From assembly GCF_964204865.1 (NCBI RefSeq), contig NC_135257.1, positions 15,686,001-15,750,000 of the forward strand: a stretch of 64,000 bases of DNA, in the 5' to 3' direction. Positions within the stretch are counted from its first letter, which is position 1; every line of letters begins with the position of its first letter. This stretch comes from Styela clava. Taxonomy: Eukaryota. Shown here piece after piece: positions 1-13,685 of this stretch. Under the pieces are notes generated by a model, which saw nothing but the letters and a program-made list of their open reading frames with translations, was not told the origin of the DNA and searched no databases. The translations under genes and the position numbers were made by a program.

Positions 1-296
1 CTGAAGTCTATTCTCCTTACTCCACGTCGCCCACTTACGGCTTGTTGGAATTAGAAACAACAGGCGATTATCGACGTTAGCTTTTGGACGGACTTGATGA
101 CATTCATTTTAGACTTTTAGCAAAAATTAGTAAAATTTACTATTTTTCCCTACTGAAGTAAAAAGTTCAGAACTTCTGGAAAAATAGAAAATCGTCATTT
201 ATCAGCTTGAAACATGGATTTTCCATTGCCCAGACTTCCCAAATATCTCCCAATAACCATTGAACAACCAGTTGTATTGCCCAAGCCTAAAAAATT
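1..296. repeat. Direct copy of 5918-6213 (continues beyond the window start)
   Basis: Sequence from ctgaagtctattctcc to ccaagcctaaaaaatt matches 5918-6213 with no difference seen by eye, then diverges. Confidence 0.95.
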
Positions 297-371
297 ATTA
301 TTATTATTTTTACTACGAGGTTGTATGGAATTTTAATATAACAGAGCGTTTTCCTTATCAATGGTGTTAAA

Positions 372-1312
372 GTTGCAAACGTCTATGAGAGATGCTTGGA
401 GTACCTGTGCAAATGGATGAAACCAATGGAAGAGTTTACTTGTTTCAAATGGATAACCTTGAACGAGATACCAAGGCCGGCGAAGCTTCACTGGATTATA
501 GTAACAAAACAGCTGTTTTAACGATTATATTCTTTACGTAACAGAATTAATTTTGCGACACGCGTAGGCTAAATTATGTTATAACCTAACAAGTATATAA
601 TTCACAATTGCGCGTTTAATGACCCTATAATTTAATTATAATTACACAAATGGAACAAAACGCAGAAAAGTTGATGCTTAGCGCAAATGGTTTAATGGTG
701 CAGAAAATATTCAAATGGTCAGTCTTCGTGCGCTGCTCTAAATTTAACTTCTGATCTGTGTGAAAAAGTGTGATTCATCGGCTATCCGTTCGGTTTTCAA
801 CATTCTAAAAATATGAGGCCCGCCAATGACTTGCAACCTTTGGTTTTGGCCCGCGAGCGACAAAATGTTGCCGACCCCGATGTAAAGCCTTGCCTGGAAC
901 ATCTGATTAGTAAACGGGTTGATGTGTACGATGATAAATGCTTTGACCGATTCTGTAACTTGAAGCAGTTTGTTGAAAGTTACCTACAAGACGAAGAATT
1001 TATTAAACTGCCAACGCATAAGAAATGGTGCAAATATTTCGATCAGTCTACGAACATCACATGCCACGCCGAAATTTTAAGGATTGAACTGTTTTTCTTT
1101 GCTGTTACATCCCACAATGCCAATGTAGAGAGAGTCTTTTCACTGATGCAAAGTCAGTGGACTAAAGAGAGAAACAAGTTGCGACTATAAAAGGCATGTT
1201 GACTCTCCAATATAATTTCAAAGATATGCACTGCAGTGAATTGTTTTCATTTTTGAAATCAGACAAGAAGAGAATTAGATCTTCAGAAAAATATGCATGG
1301 TCAGAAGAGTAA
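372..1312 (+). pseudogene. hAT transposase C-terminal remnant, interrupted and frameshifted
   Basis: VYERCLEYLCKWM...LNEIP (372-473) resumes at DVKPCLEHL (879). The hAT dimerization motif SHNANVERVFSLMQSQWTKERNKL follows, then after a frameshift GMLTLQYNFK...SSEKY. Confidence 0.8.
474..880. mobile_element. hAT MITE-like insertion inside the transposase remnant
   Basis: Non-coding block interrupting the transposase frame. The right end (ggcccgcgagcgacaaaatgttgccgacccc) resembles a hAT TIR; the left TIR is not recognisable. Confidence 0.55.
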
Positions 1313-1525
1313 ATTTGTAGTGATTGATTGTCTTTTATTTGTTTTAAGCATGTAATTGCTGTTCTTCCGTTTCGGCACAATCTAATTCTTATTCTTATTT
1401 TTCACTCTGAAGTTGAGATTTTTTCAGTCGACGGCCCGTAGCTATATTTAGAGTGTGCCTAGCTGCCTGGTGTGAGATTCTGCTTGTGACTGAAGACAAT
1501 ACTTTTCATTTCGGTAGCTGGCGCT

Positions 1526-1569
1526 TTAGCATGAGTATCGTACAACGTTAGCATGAGTATCGTACAACG
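1526..1569. repeat. 22-bp tandem duplication
   Basis: ttagcatgagtatcgtacaacg x2, exact. Confidence 0.9.
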
Positions 1570-2232
1570 TTTGCAGCCTTAGCATTTCGGTAGCGCATAT
1601 ATATGGTATCATGAAAATAGGGACCTCCAGAAAGAAGTATGCTCACCAATATGGCGCACAACCTGAGCATAGTTTTTGTGTACCGGTTAGGACTAAGGTT
1701 GTGCGACATAGTCATGCACTGTCCGGAATTTTGCTTTTTGAAATATGGTAACCCTAAGATAGAGTAATCAAACTTTGGGTGTTTTTGCACGGTGTGATAA
1801 TTTCTTCTGTGTACCAATCAGATTATCCCTTAGATCGTCTAACTATCACTATATAATGACAATTTCTCCCAAAAGCATTTTGTAATTATTAGTTCAGCAT
1901 GTTCCCCTTCATCCAATCATTGAAACATCTACACGCAGATTTATTCTTAGTTTTTCAGGTTACGTCACAATGATTAAATTAAAAAAAGACTCTCATGAAG
2001 TGATCCTGTGAAATAACAATCTTATCCCTACATCTCTGTCTAACGCCAATATCTAAGAATGGAAAAAAAATTACTTACACGCTTGGTAACCAATTTATTC
2101 TCATACCCTATTGTCCTACTTTGCTTTAATTATAGTAACTTATACTGTTACCGGTAACTTTAAGTATTTATTCAAACTGGACTATAATTTGGCAATAATT
2201 GGCTCTAATTTGGTAAATGAAGTGATCTAGCC

Positions 2233-2556
2233 CAGTGGTTCCCAACCTTTCTACCCTGGCGGACCGGTAAAATTAAATAAAATGTACTCGCGGAACGGCA
2301 AAAAATTAAAATACGTGGAAAATAACATTTATTTGCGTAATATAATGCAATGTCGGGCACTTGATATGGTTCTAGATAAATAAAAAAGGTGTGTTTTTTG
2401 AGCGTTGAAAGTTGAGAATTACACAAAGACTCTCGATATTTTATTTACTCAAATCCAATGAATTTGGGTTTAATAGAGCAAGCAACGCCGTTTATTTTAA
2501 TTCTATTATCATTCGTCTCAACATTTTTTGTGTAATTTTGTTTTAGCAAAGTATAA
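2233..2556. mobile_element. Truncated hAT element end
   Basis: Begins with CAGTGGTTCCCAACC, the same TIR class as other hAT MITEs in the window. No matching second TIR found, so the end coordinate is approximate. Confidence 0.45.
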
Positions 2557-5500
2557 GTATATATATGAGGGTATTTGTGTTCAGTCGATCACTTGACGGC
2601 CAAGGTGTAGAGTAGATAGAGTAGGGTTGCCATACCGTCTAAAAAACACACTTGAAAACATTTCACATGAAGGAAAAATATCAAAAGAGGATCTATTCTC
2701 CTCGTTCTTATTAAAAAATATCAAAATGCTTTGTTGGTTAACTGATCTCATATTAATCGTATTATATCATAATGCATCGTATCATATTAAATTATCCTAT
2801 TGCAGTTGTTCGACGCCTCAAACATAATGAATTTACATTACAATGACAAAGTCGTCGGTAACTTGGCATCATGCTCAAAATCCTGCTGTGCGTCACCTGA
2901 AAAAGATCTCTGCGGCCCATGCTTTTGTTGCGCATCTCGTGACCACCTGCAGAGTCGCAATAAGTCCATATCTCATTGGATATGAGACGAAGCCCTGGAA
3001 TATTTTAAGTATAAGTTTATTTTGATTTCCCGAGAAAAAAAAAAACATACACAAAACAACGAACACACAAAAGTTTGGGAAAATCGGGAAAAGTTTGGAA
3101 AAATCGGGAAAACTGGTGAAACGTTTAACAAAGTTCAAAACATGTAGAAATGCATGTGCCAGTTTACCCATCTAACACAGCAGTTCTCGAACTTTTGTTA
3201 TTGCGGAGCCCGGAAAAATGTTGACTATTATTCACGGAGCCCCAAAATAAATTTAAAATTGTTACTTTCCGATTAATATTCCTGAGTAAGTTAAAGGGTT
3301 TTTACTTAATTTAAATGCTAAACCCTTTTTAATATGATAATTACAAGTCATAAATAAATCCAAATTTTAAAGATAAGTTATATATATTAAGGCTGTAAAT
3401 TTGACGCAAACATATTAATGAATTAGGGGTCGAATCATTTTCCTTTCGATATTTTTGGAAGACTTGAAAGGTCGCTGATAACGTGCGCGATTGCATTTTG
3501 TAAAATCGCCGAATGTTTTCGTCAGCGAGACGTGATTTTTAAACCTTAATTAAACATCTTTACGTAGGTTTTTATTCCCCTGAATCAAAAATTTTCTTCG
3601 GCATATACGTGGATTGTTCTACAATGACGACGAGGATTGCTTTTTTGTTGAGTTCAATGTGAAAAACATGTTACCATATTATAGTCATCGGCGACGAGAT
3701 GCTAAAAATAATTAATAAAGAGGTAAATCCGCAACTCAAATTTCCTAAGTGATTCAAGAGTCTTGCTGTACACTAACACAAATATATTTCTGTAACGTTG
3801 TTAGTCTCGCAGAAACCAAATCATTAGCACAAATTTCCTGAAAAGCGGCATTATGAAATATTAGGATTAAAACGGGAGATAACACTACAAGTTTACGACG
3901 ATTAAAAACGTATTTCTAGACATTGTAAATCACGAAATTGCAATTAGTCATGATTACGAAAATTGATTGAGGTAAACAACTGCGAAATAATGTGATAGGT
4001 GAAAACAGTGTCAGCAAAACTAATCAATAAATTCTGAACGTCTCCGCATAGAATTCTTCATTATGAATAAAATCCAACGTGGGTGTTATGTTGTTCTAGT
4101 TTTCTTCGTATGGAATTCCTCATTGTGAATATAATTCGAGGTGAGTGCTGTGTTGTAGGTGTAACCTTTACCAAGACGTATCCGGGCCATTAATACCACA
4201 AACAGTAATATGTCGGCAGAAGAGAAATTGCGTAATAAACCAATGCAACGTCGTTATTTCTGCTTCGGATTAAGACGACAAAAAACGAAGTTTTTAACGA
4301 ACCGGCATCTTACTGGATGTCAAGGCGAATCCCTTGAATATTATATACTGTTTTCTGGTTTAAACAAGAAATATTCATAACCTTTTATTTGGATGTTCAT
4401 ATTAAGCAGGAAATGAATCGAGTAAGACGATTCATTTTCTATATATATATCACATATACCACTTATCGCGATAAACTTCCATTTATCATTTCTACTGCCT
4501 ATTTGATGGCATTAGCATATTAAAAAAATAAAAATAAAAAAATGCCGTCTTATCGAGATTTTACGCTTCTGGTGGAGCGTTAACAGCTTAATCCATTATA
4601 TCCGCTTCACCTTTTGCTACTATTTGTGGTAATTGGAAATTGGATTTTAAAACACAAGGTTGTTCATTACCTAGTCTTAGTTGATTCCGACAGTCCACAT
4701 CGAACGGATTGGTTTAAATTTTCTAATTGCTGATCACACTCACACGGAAGCCAATATTATACACTGATTATAAGATGCCACATGATTTACAACTATTTAT
4801 AGGATGATTCATGTACACTGAAAGTAACTGATATGAATACCCCTGATTTTCATATTGTCCACTGTGTTTACTTCCAATTGGGTAAAAACAAATTAACGCC
4901 GACAGCGAGTGGTAGGATAAAGTAATCAAGTTTCTCCTTAGCATATGATACCATGGTATCGTTAGAAGGATTACAGAGATCACTTGAAAATATAGATTTC
5001 ATCAGGCGAATAAGAGGAAGAAACACAGTTACAATTTGGTATATTATTTGAATCCTTCAAATGACGGACCTATAAAAATTCAAACAGATACGAGCATTAT
5101 AAGTATCTGCAAAAATATTAAGGAATTGAGGTGATATTTGCAAAATATGCAGCATGACGAAGGTAAACGACAAGGTTTTGAGCCATTCTGTCATTTATAA
5201 AAATGGTCAACAATATTTTGTCTTTTCTTTGTCAAACAATTTGTCTTTTTTGAATTTTTTTTTTCATCAGTGATGAAATTCTTGACGCTTTCGGTTTTTT
5301 ATTTACAAGCAACTCGAACATACGTCGGTATTTTGGCAATCTTTTTCCGAACAATAATGCCGAATGATGATTTTGAAGTAATATGGTTATCATAAAAACG
5401 AGTGAGTTTTTTCTCTATGATTCTTTATATAAGCTGCAAAACCCTATGTACGACAGGCGGTCTTGTAGTTATATACATACAATACCATATAAGTACAACT

Positions 5501-5753
5501 GGTGTCCGAAGTCGAGTGGCGGTTTCCAGTAACGAAAACACAGGAAAATGCATCGTCTTCAGGGATTGAAGTTTGCGTGAAAACGCTTCAACCGTTTACC
5601 AAATTTTGACTGGTTGATTAGTTAATCGCTGTTGGTGCCAAAGGCGCCGCTTATATCAAAGTCGTCACATTTGACGTATAATAATGGGAAATCACAACTT
5701 GTTTCGTTGTGATTCGAACGTTCGGCACTACTTCCCCAAAATAATGGCTAACC

Positions 5754-6938
5754 CAGGGGTGGCCAACCTATGGCGCATGCGCCAAACGTGGCGCATTGCA
5801 TGATTAGAGGTGGCGCATTGCATCTTTAACCCTTTCATGCCAATATTGTTAATTGCACTTGGCTTCTCCACGCCAAGCCGTTTTTTTTGCGATTTACATG
5901 GTGACTTTTGATTGTACCTGAAGTCTATTCTCCTTACTCCACGTCGCCCACTTACGGCTTGTTGGAATTAGAAACAACAGGCGATTATCGACGTTAGCTT
6001 TTGGACGGACTTGATGACATTCATTTTAGACTTTTAGCAAAAATTAGTAAAATTTACTATTTTTCCCTACTGAAGTAAAAAGTTCAGAACTTCTGGAAAA
6101 ATAGAAAATCGTCATTTATCAGCTTGAAACATGGATTTTCCATTGCCCAGACTTCCCAAATATCTCCCAATAACCATTGAACAACCAGTTGTATTGCCCA
6201 AGCCTAAAAAATTTATTATAAATCAACCCACAACATGCTGAAAATGACCCCTAAATACCACCTTTTCCATCCAAACTTCGAATGACCGTTGTCAACAACA
6301 GCGAAGCGTAAAATCGCTTGCTGTGACTAACCATAATGAAGATGCCAAGCAATATACAATTGGAACTAATTGACTTGAAAACTCATCCATCATTGAAAAT
6401 TAAATTTGATGAGCTTTCTTTAGTCCCAAGTGCATTTGACATGATCAAGTTCTGGCAATCGTTACCCCGTGAAAATTTTCCAGAACTGAGAAAATTTGCC
6501 CAGGGTTTCATATGTCGTTTCGGAACGACATATAGATGTGAACAAACATTTTCTGCCATGAAACTAATTAAAAGCAAAGCGAGGTCAAGACTTACAGATT
6601 TAAATTTAAAGAATGCACTGCTCTTCTCAGTAACAAACTTAACTCCAAGAATAAAAAAAACTGACGAAAGTAAAACAGCAGCAAAAGTCTCAAAAAGGCG
6701 GTACTCAAATAAAATTGATCAGTTTTATTTATTATACTTCCTTGCTTAATTTCTACTCATGTGAAGTTGTAAATTGTAAAAACTATATATACGTGTGTAT
6801 ATATGTGTGTGTATTATAAATTTATATAATTTCAACAAGAAGCGGACATTAGGCGTGGGAATACAAGAGATTTACGGCGCATCTGAAACATTATGTTTAA
6901 AACGTGGCGCATGGTATGTGAAAGGTTGGCCACCCCTG
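5754..6938 (+). mobile_element. Non-autonomous hAT (Buster/SPIN-like) element
   Basis: TIRs CAGGGGTGGCCAACCT / AGGTTGGCCACCCCTG; perfect 8-bp TSD GGCTAACC (5746-5753, 6939-6946) with central TA; internal transposase C-terminus. Confidence 0.93.
6336..6749 (+). pseudogene. hAT Buster/SPIN (GTF2IRD2-like) transposase C-terminal fragment
   Basis: QLELIDL...FW..LP.ENFPELRKFA...FGTTYRCEQTFSAMKLIKSKARSRLTD is the hAT dimerization-domain signature. The N-terminal part is absent. Confidence 0.88.
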
Positions 6939-8587
6939 GGCTAACCCATAGTCTTTTGACAGAATTTGTTGAATAACATTCAATAGCCGTTTTTACAATT
7001 TGTGTCACGCCAATTTGAAATCATGGGCACTGTATTGTGATCGGTAACTGTGGGTAATTTGTATTGACACAGTTCTAACGCTAGCAGTCACAGTGTTTAA
7101 AGTTATTCCTTGTATTTTCTTATCGTAGTTTAATCAATGAATTCAGATCACCAGATAAAAATACGCGTCATTAATTTTTATTGGGAGAACTCACATGGAA
7201 AATGCAGTCTTACTAGGATCACTGTTAAGGCAAAAATTAATTGTAACTGTTAACCGTCCAAAAACGGTTAACCGGATGGAATCTTACTTTTGCCTTGGCC
7301 AAATGGAAAAATAAGGAAATCGTCGACTTGGTATTATTCATTGTAGCAGCGTCTATTGAATGCCAGTCGGGTGCGCTACTGTTTGTTGGCGTCCATGAAA
7401 TTGCCATAACATTGAGTCATATTACACTGCTTGTATCAATTCGAGTCAGTGATTATTTATATATATATATATGCTAAGCAGCACAATACACAATGATAGG
7501 AACTCATTGCCTGGTGTGAGTCATCCTTGATGGAGAATAGCCTAACAGGATATCCCGATGTGATCGTGTATAAAATAGGCCCTTTGCTTTTACCTATTCA
7601 TTCAGCATCAAAGGTATATGAATGCCAAGTGAGTGCATAGGTGAGAAAAAACAAGCTCACAGACAAAATTTTGTACAAAATTCTGGATTACAGATTTTAC
7701 AGGTAGATAAATGATGCTCCGCTGTGGCATATTCTTCGTTGGCAATAGCGCAAAGAAAAGTATTACACCGAATGTAGCTTTATGTGGCGTGTAATTATGA
7801 GTCCCACAACCCGAAAAGGCATATAAACGACCATATGTTATGTGAATGCGTGATATCGGTCTATCCAACGCGATTATCCTACCCTGATAATAATGCAACA
7901 CATGGTTGTTTGTGTCTGATGTATATACCGGTATTCAATATAGGATGGTGCGGCTACCATTTTATTGTTACACAATGCACTGATTCCACATATTTCCTCT
8001 GCAACCTAAACAAATACATCTACTCTTTTCTCAATATTGGTTGCGCATTGTCCACCCACAGCATTGACATCCGCTCAAGTGTCACATCACGAATCATCAC
8101 ACAGGGTATAGTGTTAAGTCAAGTGTGTGTCACTGATAGATTATATGATATATCTATGGCCTTAGTTTGTGGTGACATGAAAACCAGCTGCATTTTAGTA
8201 TTGTTTCAATGTAAAATTGCAAAACAGCAAGCGCCAATACATTATGCAGAATATGGATTTTCTGTAACAGGATGTTGTATTAAGAATGAATCATATATCT
8301 GAACAAGGTAAACATATCAGCAGCAGATCCTTCCGTTTTGACTGGCAAACTTATACCAGCAGATGGACGATGTGGGAAATATAAAATAGGAGAAGCGTAT
8401 ACTGTGCACAATTTGAATTCGTTTTATTTCAGATAATCCGTATGGAAAGTACAGATTTGAAGAATAGGATATAACGCATATATATATTGTTTGCTATTAT
8501 CTTTTGTTCACTAATATGCAAATTTCATTAATCATGATTCATACTATTACTATAGTGACGATAATGATTTGATACAAGTTGATCAAA

Positions 8588-10824
8588 ATGCCAATCGGAG
8601 CAAAGTCGTTTGCAACCTCAGCCGCCAAAAGCTTGACACAATTCAAGGGTACAGCCCTAAATACTGGCATAGCGGTTCTCACAGTGGTTCTCGAAGAAGT
8701 CTTGAACCGTGCGGTTTATTACTGCCCTTGCGTAACTCCAAGTGAACTAGGTGATTGCTTCAGCACGAGTAACAGCATCAATTCTTCGTTTAAGTGCACA
8801 GCCGAAATTAATCACACATACGGACTATCATATATTTTTGGACCTGCCATCGCTCTGTTCTTCTTTATGGCAGCTTCTTCACCAAGGTTATGGAAGACAT
8901 TAACTGGATGTTGCAACAAGGACAAAGACTCGAGGCGACGGAAAGATCGGGTGCTGTGGACTTTTATTGAAATATTTGGCAGAGCACTCATAGCCCCGGT
9001 AACGTGGGTATGCTTTGCGTTATTAGATGGAAGGTATTATGCTTGCGCAGTTACTCCACTGCCATATGATATCGGGAAAACTGGCCACCAATACACCTCT
9101 TGTACAGAGGTAAGTTGAATTTTAAATTTACAGAACTAAGGTTGTCCTTAGCGCTAGATACATTGAAGTAGGTGAAACCATTTTTGTTTCATAAATTATA
9201 CAAGCAATCTGGCGCCTGCAAATGGCCGCAAACTTCACACTTCGTCGCGTCATATCGAATCAAAGAATTTGCAAGTTGCAGTGGCGAATGTTTGTAGGCA
9301 ACAACAGAAGCTTCGAAGATATATTTTGCAGCTGGTTAGAGACAGGGTGTCGCAATTTCGAATTTACGTCCAACATATAGGATTGTAAAACATACTTACT
9401 TGGAATAGTAATTTGTTGCTATGATTAATCAATAAAGAAATTGTGAAATCAAACAAAAACGGGAAGAACTAAGCTAATCGAATTTACTCAAACATGGCGT
9501 TCTTATTTTTTACTACTCCGTGTTTTTCTGAATACTAATCTACCGAAGTACAATTGTTTTGAACGAACGTTAATCAAAATTCATTTTAAATTTAGGTCGC
9601 AAAGGCTGTTAAACCTGCGTATTCGGATGCATACAGTGATAATAGAAGTTATTCACAAATCTGGGGATGGGTATCTATAGCATCGTGTGTCGCCTTCGCT
9701 TTTGTCATTTATTCGATTTCCCGTTGCGGGTATCCGTTGACGTATTATCACGCAAAATATTTCGATTTGTACCGAAGGTTTGAAGAAGAGGAATTTGACG
9801 ATGAAATGAAGATTAAGGTAATGCCATTTTTGATAACACGAGAACTTACTTCACGTATTCATTTAAGTGAGTAAATCTGATTACGTATAGTTGTTTCCCA
9901 TGAGATCTGGCATCGGGCGTGGTGGCTTCTATTAGAATTCTACTCGGACACTGAGTTTACATATTGATATTTTTGCTGAATTGTTGTTGTCGCTGTTTTT
10001 ATGGTTGCTGTTGTTATTAAGAAAAATCTGTCTTTTCTGTAAATAATAACCGTGATCAATCGACTTTAAATTTTCAGTACTCAAAGATGAAAGGAGTCGC
10101 AATAAGGATTTTACTTTTTGTTTAGTTTTAAATCCTCCCTACGGGTACTAGGCCTATAAGACGCGATATGTCACCTAACATTCACGAAAATAGCATTATA
10201 GTATTTTTATATTACTTCACAAAATTTTTTATAGACATATATATATTATTCTTTTACGTTTTGTTGCTTTTGAGTGAAAGCTTGGCCATGACCAATGTTT
10301 CCCAACGTAAATCGTACTTAGCTTTCTTTGCCATATTGGGGATTTCAAAATGTCGTTCAGCCTATCACCAATCGGTGCCGATCGTCAACACTATAAATAG
10401 GTATAATTAAACTTTAATAATTTCCCTAGAAAATTTGCTGACGGCAGCTGACCCGAATAGAATACAATTTATCGTCATTTTATGATTTGCGGCATGATTA
10501 AAATCCCGTTTACACAAAAAAAAACGCTCAGTGAACTCTATTTCTCGTTTTATTTACATTGTTTTATTTACAATTTAGGCCCAGAAAGAAGCTGAAAGCA
10601 ACATTCGGAAATTCATGTCAAAAAATCGAGAAAAAGCTTTATGGGACCGAATTTCTACTGTATTTTCATTCCATAGAAATCCTAAAAATATTGCATTATA
10701 TTCCTATCTGCATGAGTTCATAATTGAAGAAGAAAAAAACAAGCCGCTGTTAGAGATAGAGGCCGGGGTCGTAGAGACAACAACGACGGTTTCGACAGAT
10801 GGAGAAGTAGAAGACGAAGTTTAG
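8588..10824 (+). CDS. CALHM (FAM26)-family large-pore channel, 3 coding exons, ~329 aa
   Basis: Exons 8588-9109, 9596-9817, 10579-10824 with GT-AG phase-0 introns. Motifs YCPC...N..YG...GP, APVTWVCFALLDGRYYACA, SQILGW and YSYLH; four hydrophobic segments. Paralog identity cannot be assigned. Confidence 0.9.
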
Positions 10825-11563
10825 ATTATTTTATAATTATATATAGGGTGAACAAAACGTCCTGCTTTTGCCAAAAAGTCTGATCTGATGATTGAATGTT
10901 TGTTTGTTCACGCACCGCTCCAGGTAACTTATTCGCTTTTTTACACAATTCGGGCTGCCTAAAATAATCAAACGACGACTTGAATCAACTGAAATATCAG
11001 TGACTGCAAAAGAGACAATTGACTTATTAAAGTTGTCTATACAATTTTAGTTTCGTTTTATGTTTCAAACGTTAAAGCAGTGGATGCGATTCTCAAGATA
11101 GAATTCTATTTATCACAGTGCTATCTCCGACACCGCGCAAATCAATAAATTATTGAATGTCAAAATCTCAACCTCATATATATTGAACGATCAGATCAAC
11201 AAAACTTTTTTTTTAATTTGCTAACAACTTCATACTTAATTTTACCAATCTGTACCAAAATACATTTCTGCTAGTCTAAAATTACATTCAGCACATTTTA
11301 TGGAATTTTTCAATGCCCCTAATATTCATATAAACTGTATATATGTATATTTCAACATAATTGTTTGTTTTCTAGAGAAACGCCTTGTTTTCCATACAGC
11401 GTAATAATTGTAAAAGAAGTTATTTTATGACTATGTTATTCAGTACTAGTGTATTTATATTTTTTTATATTGTTGCAATTCTACTAGTGCTTTTGTAAAA
11501 AGGAACCATGCGGTTACAAGTTTTGAAGAGCATAATCCCCACCCTCCAGTGATTAGTCGTATA

Positions 11564-11929
11564 ACGTGTTTCCCCGAAAGTAAGACTGGTCTCATCTCAC
11601 TTTTTTGCGGAAAATAACACTAAGGCTTATTTTCGGGGGATGTCTTATATTTTCATTTATCTAAACAAAATAACAAAGTAGAGAATTACGAGATTTTCAA
11701 ATATACAAAATATAAAAACCGATATCCATTTACTTTTAAGTAACACACTTTCGTTCAAAATAACTGCAAAACATAGATTATCAATCATTTCAAACGTGTA
11801 GGGGAGATTTCTTGCTATTGACTAGGTCAAAAAAAATCGTGTTATTCACTACGTCTTATTTTAAAGGGAGGGCTTATATTAAAATCATTTTTAAAATTCA
11901 GACTATGTCTTATTTTCGGGGAAACACGG
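11564..11929. mobile_element. Tc1/mariner-pogo type MITE
   Basis: TIRs (A/C)CGTGTTTCCCCGAAA(G/A)TAAGAC flanked by TA on both sides. Its right part is duplicated at 14660-14741. Confidence 0.85.
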
Positions 11930-12333
11930 TATATATTCCGATGAAAGATTTATAAACTTGTTAAAGATTGCAAAGAATGGCTCAACCGCCATACCTTCAT
12001 GACTATTTAAATACAATTTATTCAAGATATTTCAAACATTTCACTGATTTAATTCTTATTCATGTAATACTAAATTTTTAATATGACACCAGGTTGATTC
12101 GTTTCGTTCTTGGGTACGACCACGTCGCCCATGCAGTTGTGTAAAACCTTAAAAGTGTAAGTATTTATTTCGATTTTCCGAACAGAAAGCACACAACAAA
12201 AACAACAATACCAGGCAGTAAAATGTAAGAAAGCTCTCCCTCAGACACAAAACACCCAAAGTCCAACCGAAACAACCACACTCAGACAACTGCATCCTGC
12301 CAACCCAACAGGCGCCAACAGGACACCCTAAAA

Positions 12334-13259
12334 CAGTGGTTCTCAACCTGTGGTACGCGTACCACTGGTGGTACGCGGGAGCTTTTCAAGTGGTACGCGA
12401 GCAGATTTAAATTATTGCAACAATTAACCTTTCAGTTGGCTAAGATGTGTCGGCAACGCTTTATCTTCCTTGCTGTATATATTCGCTGAACAGCGTTTAT
12501 GGATGTTTCCCCAAGCATCAGTTTTCTCGTTTATTTCCGTAACTATAACCAATCAGCAATAAGTCAATAATGACGCAACACGTAACAAATGCAATTTCTG
12601 CACTCAGCCGCTCAGACACTTCTGTCGCTCAAACAGATATTCAAGTATGGTTGCAAACATTGCCTCGTTTTTGTAGTTTTGAGTGATATTTGTCAGTTTT
12701 CAGTTGTGTTTCAAGAAAATAATAGTGAATTAATTAAGTTAATTGTCATTAAGTCTTCCGCGGAGCTTTACTTTAGTTGCAGTGATCGAAATTGAATCTC
12801 GCAAATGCTGCGATGGCCAAGGCTAAACTTAGTTATATCAGTACCTGCAAACGGCACATGGTTGATTAATTGTAATAAAAATTATGGTTTCAAACACGTA
12901 AACCAGTTTATATGCGCCAACATACCGAAACACTCTCAGAATAAGCATAAAGTTTGCAATAGTAAAGTATAAGAGTAATTTTTCCGGGGTCAATGGTCGG
13001 GGAAACGTCCATGGCACTTTGCGCTATCGGTCCTTGTCTTTAGAGATCGCCCTCGCCCGCTATTGCCCACCTTAAATGAAGCGATATGGGCATGTTTCTT
13101 GTTTGTTTTGCGTGTTACGCCACAAAGGATGTAGTGCCACATTATAAAATACACCTTGCGTCTTTTTCCCCAGGCCAAAAAAGGAGCTTTGTCGATGGTA
13201 CGCGGCCATAATAAAAACAGTAAAGTGGTACGCGTTCAGTAAAAGGTTGAGAACCACTG
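12334..13259. mobile_element. hAT MITE (copy 1)
   Basis: TIRs CAGTGGTTCTCAACCT / AGGTTGAGAACCACTG; perfect 8-bp TSD CCCTAAAA; subterminal GGTACGCG repeats. Confidence 0.93.
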
Positions 13260-13685
13260 CCCTAAAAGAACAGATCGACAGTGTTACAGCGCCCCCCAGT
13301 GTCCGCAATGCCAAAATACCAAATATGGAAACAATATCACATGACATCATTTAACATAGACTTACCCTAATTTCTTGGGCATAATCCGAGACAAACTCAA
13401 AACTATGAATGAAAGGCCGAAGGCTTGAGCTTGGCAATTTTTTTCCATATTTATATTTATAAACTTTAACATTGCATGGTAAAGTATTCTACTTAGATTA
13501 AATAAAAAAAATTATTACTATATTTAAAGGAAAATAGATGTTAATTTAAGCAACACCAAGTCACAAATCAGACATGTATAAGAAAAAATGAAAGAATAAA
13601 CACCGAGAACAAAGAAATAACAGTATCTCACAAATCAAACATTTATACGGGAATGCAATCAGAAACCATTGGCTTTTTTGTTTGA

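Noticed and set aside
813-1190. 125-aa ORF as an intact gene
   Set aside because: Its first ~22 codons come from an inserted MITE end, and the rest is a frameshifted hAT transposase fragment.
3071-3112. Short tandem repeats as a CRISPR-like array (also 1526-1569)
   Set aside because: Only two adjacent units, no spacers, and a eukaryotic context.
4671-4983. Possible minus-strand exon reading DLCN...FILPLAVGVNLFL (like a Ly6/GPI-anchor C-terminus)
   Set aside because: Plausible splice sites exist, but no upstream Cys-rich LU-domain exons were found. Unsupported without RNA data.
7784-8302. 172-aa ORF upstream of CALHM
   Set aside because: Non-ATG start, no recognisable motif, and a composition typical of chance ORFs in AT-rich DNA.
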